Part shown: piece by piece, positions 27,323-36,319 of the stretch
Position numbering within the stretch: the stretch's first letter is position 1
Layout: the number at the start of each line of letters is the position of its first letter
Assembly: GCA_015493475.1 (NCBI GenBank)
Contig: WGDC01000083.1
Coordinates: forward strand, 13,856 to 77,855
Reading direction: 5' to 3'
Origin: Deltaproteobacteria bacterium
Lineage (GTDB): Bacteria; Desulfobacterota; Dissulfuribacteria; Dissulfuribacterales; QOAL01
DNA: 64,000 nucleotides
Notes under the pieces: model-generated
What the model saw: only the letters and a program-made list of their open reading frames with translations
Told to the model about the DNA's origin: nothing
The model's database searches: none
Translations under genes and position numbers: made by a program

Positions 27323-28077
27323 GCCTGCCTCAATTTGTTGTTGAAAGGGGTTTGTTGACGTCATCCGGACAGGTGATGCTTGAGGGTGCGGAGGCGGCCC
27401 ATTTGTCTATCTCAAGGAGGCTAAGGAAGGGGCAGGTGGTCAGGCTCGCCGACGGGAGCGGGAGGGTGGTTGTGGCACGGATCGAAAGGATATCGAGAGC
27501 GGGAGTGTATCTTGATGTGATACACGAGCTTGGTGAGCGTGATGACCTCATACCATGCGTCTTTCTGCTATCAATCTTTAAGCGCGACAGGTTCGAACTG
27601 TCCGTTGCAAAGCTCGCTGAGATCGGCATAGCAGCTATTCAGCCCGTCCTTAGCAGAAGGAGTATGGTTTCAGGGAAGGAACCTGACAGGCTCAAGAAGC
27701 GTGCCCGGCGATGGCAGAAGATATGCATCGAAGGCCTGAAACAGTCACGGGGTTTCAAGGCAACCCGTGTTTATCCCCCGCTTGGGCTGGCGGATGCAAC
27801 GGAAAGGCTTGGCAATACCGCGTGCAGGGTTGCCCTCCTTGCTGGAGAAAGGGGGAGGGGCCTTCTTGACAAACTCTCTGGCATAGAAGAGATTTTCCCC
27901 TGTGCTGTGGCCGTTGGCCCGGAGGGCGGATTCGACCCGGAGGAAAAAAGATTATTGGCCTCTATGGGTTTTGTGGCCGGGGGCCTTGGAAGCCGCATAT
28001 TGAGGAGTGAGACGGCTGCTGTCTACTCGGCGGCCCTGTTATCTGAAATGTTTTTAAGCACAAGGTGCATCCTGTGA
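27289..28077 (+). CDS. rsmE: 16S rRNA (uracil1498-N3)-methyltransferase
   Basis: 'AHLSISRRLRKGQVVRLADG', 'KRDRFELSVAKLAEIG' and 'VGPEGGFDPEE...LGSRILRSETA' are RsmE motifs. It overlaps the end of prmA. Confidence 0.8.
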   Translation: MGIAGDARRFIGLPQFVVERGLLTSSGQVMLEGAEAAHLSISRRLRKGQVVRLADGSGRVVVARIERISRAGVYLDVIHELGERDDLIPCVFLLSIFKRDRFELSVAKLAEIGIAAIQPVLSRRSMVSGKEPDRLKKRARRWQKICIEGLKQSRGFKATRVYPPLGLADATERLGNTACRVALLAGERGRGLLDKLSGIEEIFPCAVAVGPEGGFDPEEKRLLASMGFVAGGLGSRILRSETAAVYSAALLSEMFLSTRCIL

Positions 28078-29192
28078 AATCAAATTTCCACGCCCTGATA
28101 CTTGCTGGTGGAATCGGTGCGAGACTTTGGCCCAAGAGCCGTATAAACAGGCCGAAGCAGTTTCTGAAGCTCGGGGGCAGGCGAAGCCTACTTTCTAAGA
28201 CCATGGAACGGGCAAAGGCCATTTTCCATAGGGACCATATATGGGTGGTCTGCAAGCCGTACCAGTTTGAGGAGGTAAAGCGCCAGCTACCACAGGTTAA
28301 AGAGTCTAATATAATCATTGAGCCTGTTCCCAAGGGCACGGCGGCAGCGGTCCTTTTGGGCTCCATTTTGATAGAAGGGAGGAATCCCGGGGCTGTGGTG
28401 TCTGTATTTCCATCGGATCATTCCATAAGTCCAGTGGAGAGGTTTGCTGATATAATAAGGGCAGGGATGGAATGGGCCCGCGCCAATAATTCCGTTGTGA
28501 TTTACGGGATCAGGCCGGACCGTCCTGAAACTGCCTACGGTTACATAGAGGCAGGCAGTACCGTGGGCCAGTGCAGCAGATGGCACTGCATGGAGGTCAC
28601 GAGCTTTCATGAGAAGCCCGACCCGGCAACCGCCGTAGCCTACTTCCGTTCTAACAGGTTTCTATGGAACAGCGGGATTCTTTCTTTTTCCGTGGCTGTT
28701 ATAGGGCAAATCATCTCTGATGAGTCTTTTGAGGTCTGGCAGCCCCTGATAGAGGTTAGCGACCCTGCCATGGACACGGGTGGGGAGAAGATGCGCCGGA
28801 TATACGAGGCATTGCCCGATGATGCCTTTGACACGGCCGTTCTTGAAAAACTCGCAAGGTGTCTCGGAAAGCCCAAAGCTGAGCGCCCTGTTTCACTCGT
28901 GGTGTTTCCTTGTGATTTTGAATGGTATGATCTCGGGGTCTGGGAGAGCTATTACCGCATGCTCCCCAAGGATGAAGCTGGAAACGCCCTTTCCGGGATG
29001 GTCAAGGTAGTTGACAGCAGGGGCTGCCTTGTGCTCTCTGAGGGTAATACCTTTGTAGGTGTCATAGGCCTTGAGGACATGGTTGTGGTTTGCGTTGATG
29101 ATGCAGTGCTTGTATGCCCGCGGAAGGAGCTTGCCAGGGTGAGGGAACTTGTTGAATCTCTCGAAAATGGCGATTATGAAGCATACCTCTGA
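28065..29192 (+). CDS. manC: Mannose-1-phosphate guanylyltransferase-like nucleotidyltransferase
   Basis: 'ALILAGGIGARLWPKSRINRPKQFL', 'FPSDH' and 'YGYIE'. GTG start. There is no C-terminal PMI/cupin domain. Confidence 0.75.
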   Translation: MHPVKSNFHALILAGGIGARLWPKSRINRPKQFLKLGGRRSLLSKTMERAKAIFHRDHIWVVCKPYQFEEVKRQLPQVKESNIIIEPVPKGTAAAVLLGSILIEGRNPGAVVSVFPSDHSISPVERFADIIRAGMEWARANNSVVIYGIRPDRPETAYGYIEAGSTVGQCSRWHCMEVTSFHEKPDPATAVAYFRSNRFLWNSGILSFSVAVIGQIISDESFEVWQPLIEVSDPAMDTGGEKMRRIYEALPDDAFDTAVLEKLARCLGKPKAERPVSLVVFPCDFEWYDLGVWESYYRMLPKDEAGNALSGMVKVVDSRGCLVLSEGNTFVGVIGLEDMVVVCVDDAVLVCPRKELARVRELVESLENGDYEAYL

Positions 29193-29236
29193 TATGATAC
29201 CGGAGTTTTTAATGGTAATGTTACTTTCCCTTGTAA

Positions 29237-29800
29237 ATGGTTTCCATGGCTGTTATCGGTTTTGATACCACCGTCTTTCCAAGGCTTGATTACAGGGACC
29301 CGGACGCGTTCTGGCGGCAGATAGAGGCCATTTCAGCCTTCTTTGCAGAATATGAAAGTCGGCTTGGAACGGTCTTTAAAAACGCACCGGCCTTGATGGC
29401 GGCATTTGAAAAGCTCGATCCTCTCATCGACTCTTATACGAATAGGGTATGTCCCTATTGCGGGACAGTATGCTGCGCCAACAAGTTCGGGTTCCCAGAG
29501 TTCGCAGACGTGGTTGGTTTCATTGCCCTCGGCCTTGAAATCCCAGGGTATGACCTCAATGTGGATGAAAACGAGGTATGCCAGTTCATAGGGGAAAAGG
29601 GTTGCGTGCTCCCTCGTCCACAGCGGCCATACAGGTGTACATGGTATTTTTGCGATCCCCTGCTTGTACAGCTTGAGATAGGTCCTGCGAGGGACTACCG
29701 TAATTTTATCAGTGACCTTCAGGAGCTGAGCAGGGCAAGGGGGGAGGTTCTTAGAAGCTTTTTCCAGGTATGGGAAGAAAAAGGCACTGACAGAAGATGA
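29237..29800 (+). CDS. YkgJ-type CxxCxxCC zinc/iron-chelating domain protein
   Basis: 'CPYCGTVCC' matches the CxxCxxCC signature, with further Cys in 'CQFIGEKGC' and 'CTWYFC'. The stop overlaps the next start (ATGA). Confidence 0.5.
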   Translation: MVSMAVIGFDTTVFPRLDYRDPDAFWRQIEAISAFFAEYESRLGTVFKNAPALMAAFEKLDPLIDSYTNRVCPYCGTVCCANKFGFPEFADVVGFIALGLEIPGYDLNVDENEVCQFIGEKGCVLPRPQRPYRCTWYFCDPLLVQLEIGPARDYRNFISDLQELSRARGEVLRSFFQVWEEKGTDRR

Positions 29801-30840
29801 GGATGACCGCCAACCAGATAACCACCCTGCGGATAGTGCTTCTTCCGCTGCCGCTCTTTCTGATATATGGAGGGCCGGTTTCCCGCCTCGTGGCCATCCT
29901 TATCTTGTCGGTCCTCGGACTGACGGATTACTTGGATGGAGTGCTGGCTAGAAAGTACGGCTCCACCTCACTTGGAAGGCTTCTCGATCCGATAGCAGAC
30001 AAGATATTCATAGCGGTGACTTTGGTTCCTCTATCAGATCTGAACATACTGCCAATGTGGATTGTCTGGCCCATATTCTTCAGGGAGTTTCTGGTAACCG
30101 AGATGAGGCGTTTCATGACCCCTGGCGAAAAGGGATTAAGGGTAACGGAGCTTGCTAAAATAAAAACCACCCTCCAGATGACTGGCGTGGGACTTATCCT
30201 CCTTACCAATACCTTTCCGGACAAGCTTGCCACCATCTTTTTCCTGGCGGGCCTTCTTCTTGCCACCACGTTTCTGTCTGTGGCCATATTCTCGAAAAGC
30301 GGGGATCTTACAGGCAGGCTGAAGAGCGCGCTGGTCCTCGAGGCCATGGGCCTTGTAATAGCGGTGGTCTTTCCTGCGAGGCAGGTAGAGATTATCTATG
30401 GCCTGGTGCTCCTTGTGGTGACTCTTGCCTCGGGCGCACAGTATGTCACTGCCTGCTTCCCGAGGGTGTTTGAACAGGGGCTCCCGGCCGTTGTGGACCT
30501 GTTTCTGTCTTTGATAGGTCCACTTTTTGCCTTGGCGATACTGCCCTTTTCGCCTGGGAAATCGCATCTGCTTGTGGTCATGATCCTGGCTGTGGAATTT
30601 GCGGCTCAGGGCATAGACATGTGGGCCGTTCAGGAAGGGAAAACGGATCTTTCCATGTTCAAGAAGAGATTTTTCTTACCCTTTCTCCTGGCGGTATTTT
30701 TTGCAATGTTGGCCTCTGGCGCCGGGCTTCGCGGTGCTTCGGCGACCTTTCTGGTCCTTTGCAGCTTCGGTTCTCTCCTTTACCTTGCCCTTGATATGTG
30801 GTTTCACAGGGAGCTATTCAAGAGGGGAGAATTTTTTTAA
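29797..30840 (+). CDS. CDP-alcohol phosphatidyltransferase with extra ~170-aa polytopic C-terminal extension
   Basis: 'DYLDGVLARKYGSTSLGRLLDPIADK' matches D-x2-DG-x2-AR-x8-G-x3-D-x3-D. At 347 aa it is about twice the length of typical PgsA-like enzymes, and the C-half is hydrophobic. Confidence 0.75.
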   Translation: MRMTANQITTLRIVLLPLPLFLIYGGPVSRLVAILILSVLGLTDYLDGVLARKYGSTSLGRLLDPIADKIFIAVTLVPLSDLNILPMWIVWPIFFREFLVTEMRRFMTPGEKGLRVTELAKIKTTLQMTGVGLILLTNTFPDKLATIFFLAGLLLATTFLSVAIFSKSGDLTGRLKSALVLEAMGLVIAVVFPARQVEIIYGLVLLVVTLASGAQYVTACFPRVFEQGLPAVVDLFLSLIGPLFALAILPFSPGKSHLLVVMILAVEFAAQGIDMWAVQEGKTDLSMFKKRFFLPFLLAVFFAMLASGAGLRGASATFLVLCSFGSLLYLALDMWFHRELFKRGEFF

Positions 30841-30993
30841 TATCCGCCCCGGCATGCCTCCGTAACTCGAGGGCCTTCCCGAGTCGGGCAATGGATAGCA
30901 TACGTGGACTTTGCGGCTTCAGAGGCCATCCGTTTGGACTTTTACCCCCTTTATATATTGCCTGCGACTTTCATAAAAGTTATAACAAACAAC

Positions 30994-32097
30994 ATGTATA
31001 TTGATTCCGGAACCGGTTTAAAAGTCAAAGGCTCACTTACGGTCAGGGATGAACTTGAGTTCAGGGAAGAGCAGATTTTGAGCCCCTACGCGTGCCTGAG
31101 TAAAAATACTAAGGGCAGGCGGTTTAAGACCACTCCCTGCTTCATCAGGACTGCGTTTCAGCGCGACAGGGACCGGATCGTTTATTCCAAGGCCTTTAGG
31201 AGGCTCAAGCACAAGACTCAGGTTTTTCTTTCTCCCATGGGCGATCATTACCGGACAAGGCTGACCCATACACTTGAGGTGGCGGAAATCGCACGGACAA
31301 TCGCCCGGGCGTTGCGGCTCAACGAAGACCTTACAGAGGCAATAGCGCTTGGTCATGACCTTGGCCATACGCCCTTCGGACATGCTGGTGAAACCGTACT
31401 GAACGACATAGTTCCCGGCGGTTTCAGCCATTGCCGCCAGAGCCTGAGAGTAGTGGACGTTTTAGAAAACGGCGGCAGGGGACTTAATCTCACCTGCGAG
31501 GTCAGGGACGGGATACTCAAACACTCAAAGGGTTTTGGAAACATCATACCAAAAGAGCCTGGGGAGTCAGCCAGGACCGTTGAAGGCAGGATAGTCAGGA
31601 TAGCAGACGTCATCGCCTATCTAAGCCATGATCTCGACGATTCCATAAGAAGCGGGGTCATAAAACAGTCCTTGGTCCCAGAGGATGTCACGAGGGTGCT
31701 CGGGGCCACCCATAGCAGCAGGATATCCTCCATGATAAAGGACGTTATTCGCACAACAAGGGTAACCAACGGGGGCATCGAGCTTGATATAAGTCCACAG
31801 ATGCTGGAAACAATGCTGGATCTCAGGGCATTTTTGTACGACAATGTTTACCGTGCTCCCCAGGTCCACAGGGAGTTTGAAAAGGCTAGGAAGATACTCT
31901 TTGAGCTTTACGAGTATTTCGTCAGGGATAAGGATTCCTTTTTACGCGAACGGAAGAGGTTGTTTGAGGAAGAAAGTGTCATTGAGGATGGCAGAACCCC
32001 CTATGAGAGACGGGTTTGCGACTTTATAGCGGGCATGACTGATAGATATGCTCAGAACCTCTATAACAAGATTTTTATGCCGTCTTCGGTGGTATGA
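30994..32097 (+). CDS. dgt: dGTPase-like HD-domain triphosphohydrolase
   Basis: 'FQRDRDRIVYSKAFRRLKHKTQVF', 'RTRLTHTLEVA', 'LGHDLGHTPFGHAGE' and 'DFIAGMTDRYA'. Confidence 0.85.
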   Translation: MYIDSGTGLKVKGSLTVRDELEFREEQILSPYACLSKNTKGRRFKTTPCFIRTAFQRDRDRIVYSKAFRRLKHKTQVFLSPMGDHYRTRLTHTLEVAEIARTIARALRLNEDLTEAIALGHDLGHTPFGHAGETVLNDIVPGGFSHCRQSLRVVDVLENGGRGLNLTCEVRDGILKHSKGFGNIIPKEPGESARTVEGRIVRIADVIAYLSHDLDDSIRSGVIKQSLVPEDVTRVLGATHSSRISSMIKDVIRTTRVTNGGIELDISPQMLETMLDLRAFLYDNVYRAPQVHREFEKARKILFELYEYFVRDKDSFLRERKRLFEEESVIEDGRTPYERRVCDFIAGMTDRYAQNLYNKIFMPSSVV

Positions 32098-32098
32098 G

Positions 32099-34270
32099 AT
32101 GGCCCTGAGCGGTAGAAAAAGAATTTCCTTAGCCTTGTTGTATGCCCTTTGTATTTTTCTCGAGTTGTTTTTATGCCAAAGCCTTTATGCACGTGTCAAG
32201 CACAGGGAGCCGTGGGAAATAAAGGCCGAGAAGCTTGTCTTTTTTCACAACTCAAAGGTTGTAATCGGCCAGGGGTCCGTGGAGGTCAGGCGCGGCAACC
32301 TTAAGGTCTATGCAGACAAGATTATCTATGATCAGGGTGAAGGAAAAATTTACGCCAGTGGCCATGTTGTCATACATCTTGGCCAGGACATACTCCGGGG
32401 CTCCCGCGGGAGCCTCGATCTCAAGACCTCAACAGGGCAGGTCGAAGACGCATTCTTGTACCTCAAGAGAAACAATATTCATCTTACGGCAAAAAGACTT
32501 GTAAAGACCGGTCCCGAAGAGTACCACGCCAGGGAAGCCACGGTAAGCACATGCCCCATGCCGAAACAGGACTGGAGATTTAAGTGCAAGGAACTGACGC
32601 TTACTGTGGATGGAGAGGCAAAGGCAAAGAATACATTTTTTGAGATAAGGGATGTGCCGGTTCTTTTTACCCCGTGGCTGTACGTGCCCATCAACAGGTA
32701 CCGTAAGACCGGTTTCCTGATTCCGGAATACACTTCGTCGAGAAGAAACGGCATAGGGATCAACGTCCCTTTCTTCCTGGCCCTGAATGACTCCATGGAT
32801 CTTACCTTTTACCAGCATCCCATGTCGAGCAGGGGCTGGATGGAGGGGGTGGAGTACAGGCACGTATTTTCCATGTCAGACAAGGCAATAGTCAGGTACA
32901 ACTTTCTTAACGACGACAAGGATGACCACGACTTTAACGGCGACGGCCATACAAGGGGCAATGATTTCAGGTGGTGGCTCAGAGGCAAGGTTAACCAGGC
33001 GCTGCCGCTTGGTTTTGAGGGCAAGTTCGATGTTGATCTAATGAGTGACATGGACTACCTCCAGGAGTTTGACTCTGGGCTCATGGGGTTTTCCAAGAGT
33101 GACGAGGCGTTCAGAAAGTGGTTTCACAGGAACCTGGCCGAGGATACTGACAAAATAAGACCCTCTGTGGCCCAGGTAACGAAAGAGACCTCGGATATGT
33201 TCGTGGGCCTCCACGGCAGGTACAACGACAACCATTTTTTCGGCCGAAGGGGTTTTACGGTCCAGACCCTGCCGAGTGTCTTTCTTCACTCTTTTAAACA
33301 GCCTCTTTGGGGCCGCCATCTCTATTACGATTTTGACTTTGATTATACCGACTACTGGAGGGAGCAGGGTACAAAAGAGCACCGGATTAGGCTGAATCCC
33401 GCCCTTTCTGCGCCCCTGAATATCTTTAACTGGGCGGACCTTGTTGTAAGTGGAACCTTGGAAGACAGTGTTTACGTGGCCTACGGTCGGGACGAGGTAA
33501 ACAAAGGGAATCCCGACGACACGGCAAACCGGTTCCGTTATTCAGTATTGGCGGACATGAGCAAGACCTTTGCTAAGAATTACGTCCACGGAAACAGCCT
33601 GTGGCGTCACTATATTACGCCGCGTATCAGGTACGTTTATTCGCCCTACAGGAGCAGCCGGGATATTCCCACCATTGATAACCGTGACCTCTATCCTGAA
33701 AGGAACAAGGTCATATTCAGTCTTCTTTCCTTTGTGAGCAGTAAACGGGCCCTCGGTGGCAGTAGGTACTCCTACTCGGATCTTTTCCGTTTGAAGCTCC
33801 GTGAATCATACAACTTTCACAAGGAACCCACGGTCCTATCGGCCCAGGAGTTTGCGAGAAAAAGGCTGTCAGACCTGTACGGCGAGTTTGATTTCACCCC
33901 ATTTCCAAGTTTCTGGTTCCGCTACGATACCAAGTACAACTTTTATGGCGACGGGTTCAGAACCCACAATGTCAGGTGGCGGTATGTCGGATACAGGGGC
34001 AGCACCTTTGATCTTGACTACAGGTACCATAAGCTCGAGGATATAAACGAGCTAAATTTTGATATGAACGCCATTTTGACGGCTGCGTGGTCTTTCAGGT
34101 TCCATATCAAACAGGATTTTGAAAGAAACAGGCAGATTGAGTCCAAATATGCGCTCCGTTACAAGTCAAGTTGCTGGGCCATTGAGGGAAAGATCAAGAC
34201 TGATTCGGATGACACCTCCGTACTGGTCAACTTGGAGCTTCTCGGAATAGGAGGTTGGACTCCGAGATAG
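32099..34270 (+). CDS. lptD: LPS-assembly protein LptD (OstA family)
   Basis: The ATG at 32099 comes just after the dgt stop, and a signal-like 'LALLYALCIFLELFLCQSLYA' follows. It has an OstA_N-like N-domain, 'RKTGFLIPEY' and a large aromatic-rich barrel. Confidence 0.8.
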   Translation: MALSGRKRISLALLYALCIFLELFLCQSLYARVKHREPWEIKAEKLVFFHNSKVVIGQGSVEVRRGNLKVYADKIIYDQGEGKIYASGHVVIHLGQDILRGSRGSLDLKTSTGQVEDAFLYLKRNNIHLTAKRLVKTGPEEYHAREATVSTCPMPKQDWRFKCKELTLTVDGEAKAKNTFFEIRDVPVLFTPWLYVPINRYRKTGFLIPEYTSSRRNGIGINVPFFLALNDSMDLTFYQHPMSSRGWMEGVEYRHVFSMSDKAIVRYNFLNDDKDDHDFNGDGHTRGNDFRWWLRGKVNQALPLGFEGKFDVDLMSDMDYLQEFDSGLMGFSKSDEAFRKWFHRNLAEDTDKIRPSVAQVTKETSDMFVGLHGRYNDNHFFGRRGFTVQTLPSVFLHSFKQPLWGRHLYYDFDFDYTDYWREQGTKEHRIRLNPALSAPLNIFNWADLVVSGTLEDSVYVAYGRDEVNKGNPDDTANRFRYSVLADMSKTFAKNYVHGNSLWRHYITPRIRYVYSPYRSSRDIPTIDNRDLYPERNKVIFSLLSFVSSKRALGGSRYSYSDLFRLKLRESYNFHKEPTVLSAQEFARKRLSDLYGEFDFTPFPSFWFRYDTKYNFYGDGFRTHNVRWRYVGYRGSTFDLDYRYHKLEDINELNFDMNAILTAAWSFRFHIKQDFERNRQIESKYALRYKSSCWAIEGKIKTDSDDTSVLVNLELLGIGGWTPR

Positions 34271-34692
34271 TGCTCTGGTGTTCTATGAATCAGCCGGGAG
34301 GGCGTCACTATGCTGCTCGGGCCGCCGTGCAGTAACATCATTTTCCAGGCATATTCCCTCCGCCGGTTTTAGTGGATATGTTCAATACTTGACATAGGGG
34401 CGGGTGTTTATCTCCTGGGCTTTGACGCTTGGTTCATGAGTGGGTTTCAATCAGGTGACCTTAAGGCATGCACTACGTTCATTGGCCTTTGAAAAACAGC
34501 ATTTTCTTTGCCAAAGGAAGGCACTGGTTTGCTGTTTTATGTAAATAGGGCCCGAATGAAAAATTTCATATTGACTGTAATTAAATGGTGGTCTAACCTC
34601 CTGTTTTAATAAGCAGAGGAGAGGAGAAGTGAAATTTTATAATAAAGGGTAGTTTCTACCGCATATGTAATTATTCAGCTTAAGGAGGGAAA

Positions 34693-34983
34693 ATGTCTAT
34701 TGTTCTTGCATTTGTGGCTATTGGGCTGAGCATCTTTGGTATCCTGGCATACCGGAGGCTAAAGGCCCTGGACGAGGACCTCAGGGAAATGAAGCTGGCC
34801 CTTGAAGGCGGTAAACTTCGGGGGCCAAAGGGCGATCCAGGACCACAGGGACCGCCAGGACCACAGGGACCGCCTGGTCCAAAGGGCGATACAGGTCCGG
34901 AAGGGCCAAGGGGACCGCGAGGACCGCGTGGGCCAAAGGGGACTGCGGCTACAAAGTCTTCCAAGGCGAAGGCCAAGAAATAG
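34693..34983 (+). CDS. Small membrane-anchored collagen-triple-helix-repeat protein
   Basis: AAGGAGGG lies 5 nt before the ATG. The N-terminal TM is '[18 protein letters not shown]'. 14 uninterrupted G-X-Y triplets (aa 44-85; nt 34822-34947) are followed by a Lys-rich tail. The gene is followed by a strong terminator. Confidence 0.7.
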   Translation: MSIVLAFVAIGLSIFGILAYRRLKALDEDLREMKLALEGGKLRGPKGDPGPQGPPGPQGPPGPKGDTGPEGPRGPRGPRGPKGTAATKSSKAKAKK

Positions 34984-34998
34984 TAGAAGAAGGCATCC

Positions 34999-35040
34999 GG
35001 GGACAGGAGGCCGCTGGCCTGCCTGTCCCTTTTAATTTTT
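34999..35040 (+). terminator. Intrinsic terminator (bidirectional context)
   Basis: GGGGACAGG (34999-35007), a 14-nt loop and CCTGTCCC (35022-29), followed by TTTTAATTTTTT. Confidence 0.75.
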
Positions 35041-35043
35041 TCC

Positions 35044-35883
35044 CTATGCTTTTACCGCTATTCCGACCGAGGCGTGAAAGAAACGGTCTCCAAGGATTGA
35101 GGCAAGTCGTGCAGAATTAGCGAGGCCAGTGCAGTGGGATGCGCCGAGCCTTTTTATTTCAAAGGCCTGGAGTTCCTTTACTGTGCGTTCAAATTGTGTG
35201 TCCTTGGCAAATCCGAGGTGGGTTCCTCCTATCACGGTGTCTATCTTCTTGCCGGGCAGGTTTCTGCGTACATGTAGCAGGATATTTATCAACCCGGCAT
35301 GGGCGCAGCCAAGAACCACCAATAGTCCTCTTGGGGTATCCAGAATGAGGGAAAGGTCATCCCTCAGAGGGTCCTGAATACGCTTCCCGCCGCTTTCTAT
35401 CTCCATGTGGGGGTCCATGGATTCAAAGTCCGTGATTCTCGGCACCTCTCCGGTTATGAATACCCCCGGGAGGATTTCCGTAAATTCAGAATATAGACAG
35501 AACCGGCAACCAAGAGACTCAAGATATTCACGCCTGTGGACCATGCCGATAAATCTCTCGTTGCCGTCCTTTACCCAGTAACGGGGCAGGAATACATCCC
35601 CATGGCACATTACTTCAAGACCGTTGTTTAGCCCCGCAACCTCTGGAATGCCCGAAGTATGGTCATAGTGGCCATGGCTCAGGACGAGCATGTCTATGTT
35701 CGAAAGGTCCTTCCCTAGTCGCATGCTGTTATTCATGATGCCAAGGCCCTGGCCCGTATCAAAGAGTATCTTTCTACCCCTTATCTCCGCCAGTAATGAC
35801 CAGCCGTGTTCACCAATGAGTCCAAAGGGACCGTCCACGCTGTTTTCACAAAGCACGGTTAGTTGCGTTCGAGCTATTTTCAT
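35044..35883 (-). CDS. MBL-fold metallo-hydrolase
   Basis: '[12 protein letters not shown]' (HxHxDH motif) and 'GCAHAG'; 279 aa. Confidence 0.75.
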   Translation of the reverse strand: MKIARTQLTVLCENSVDGPFGLIGEHGWSLLAEIRGRKILFDTGQGLGIMNNSMRLGKDLSNIDMLVLSHGHYDHTSGIPEVAGLNNGLEVMCHGDVFLPRYWVKDGNERFIGMVHRREYLESLGCRFCLYSEFTEILPGVFITGEVPRITDFESMDPHMEIESGGKRIQDPLRDDLSLILDTPRGLLVVLGCAHAGLINILLHVRRNLPGKKIDTVIGGTHLGFAKDTQFERTVKELQAFEIKRLGASHCTGLANSARLASILGDRFFHASVGIAVKA

Positions 35884-36319
35884 ATCTTGTTTCCTCTTTT
35901 ATAAGCAGTGTGCACGGATCATCTTTCCGCACAGTCGACTTCTTACATGCGCTGGAAAGTTGGGGGGGAATACAGGGAACATATTCATGCAGTAACTTTA
36001 AGGGCGTCTGTCGCTGCTTGGTAAGCCCAAGGGTAGCAAGGATCAAAATGCCCCATTATTTGCTGTTGTTGTCGTCCTGGTTTTTCAAGGCCCGCTTTTT
36101 CTCGCGTTCCCTTTCTTTTTCCATGAAGTATATTATGCAGGCGGTCCTGTGACTGCAGAAATCCTTTGGATGTAGGCACCCTTTACTTGCATCGGTTTGG
36201 CGGTTATCTTTTGCACAGAAATAATCCATATTGAAGCTTACCTCGCAGCCTGTTTTGATTCCATTAAGTAACCTGGAAACGATATTGTCAAGGAGGAACT
36301 AGTGAAACCAAAGGAGAGA

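Noticed and set aside
26641-27333. Long antisense ORFs: 26641..27333(-) opposite prmA, 12482..13261(-) opposite the helicase, 58968..59636(-) opposite the HDOD gene, 6989..7549(-) opposite the acc fusion, and 20074..20667(+)/20704..21264(+) opposite the porin.
   Set aside because: Each lies fully inside a gene with strong family motifs on the other strand. Their translations are low-complexity (Ser/Arg/Pro-rich), with no recognisable motifs or RBS. These are typical shadow ORFs.
34519-34534. A sigma54-like promoter (aGGCACtggttTGCTg) upstream of the collagen-like gene.
   Set aside because: The GG and GC dinucleotides are separated by 9 nt rather than the required 10, and the -24 T is missing. 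This is not convincing without experimental support.
34680-34976. A 98-aa minus-strand ORF rich in GP/PG repeats, opposite the collagen-like gene.
   Set aside because: It is the mirror image of the G-X-Y repeat. It lacks an RBS, whereas the plus-strand gene has AAGGAGGG, a TM helix and a terminator in the correct orientation.
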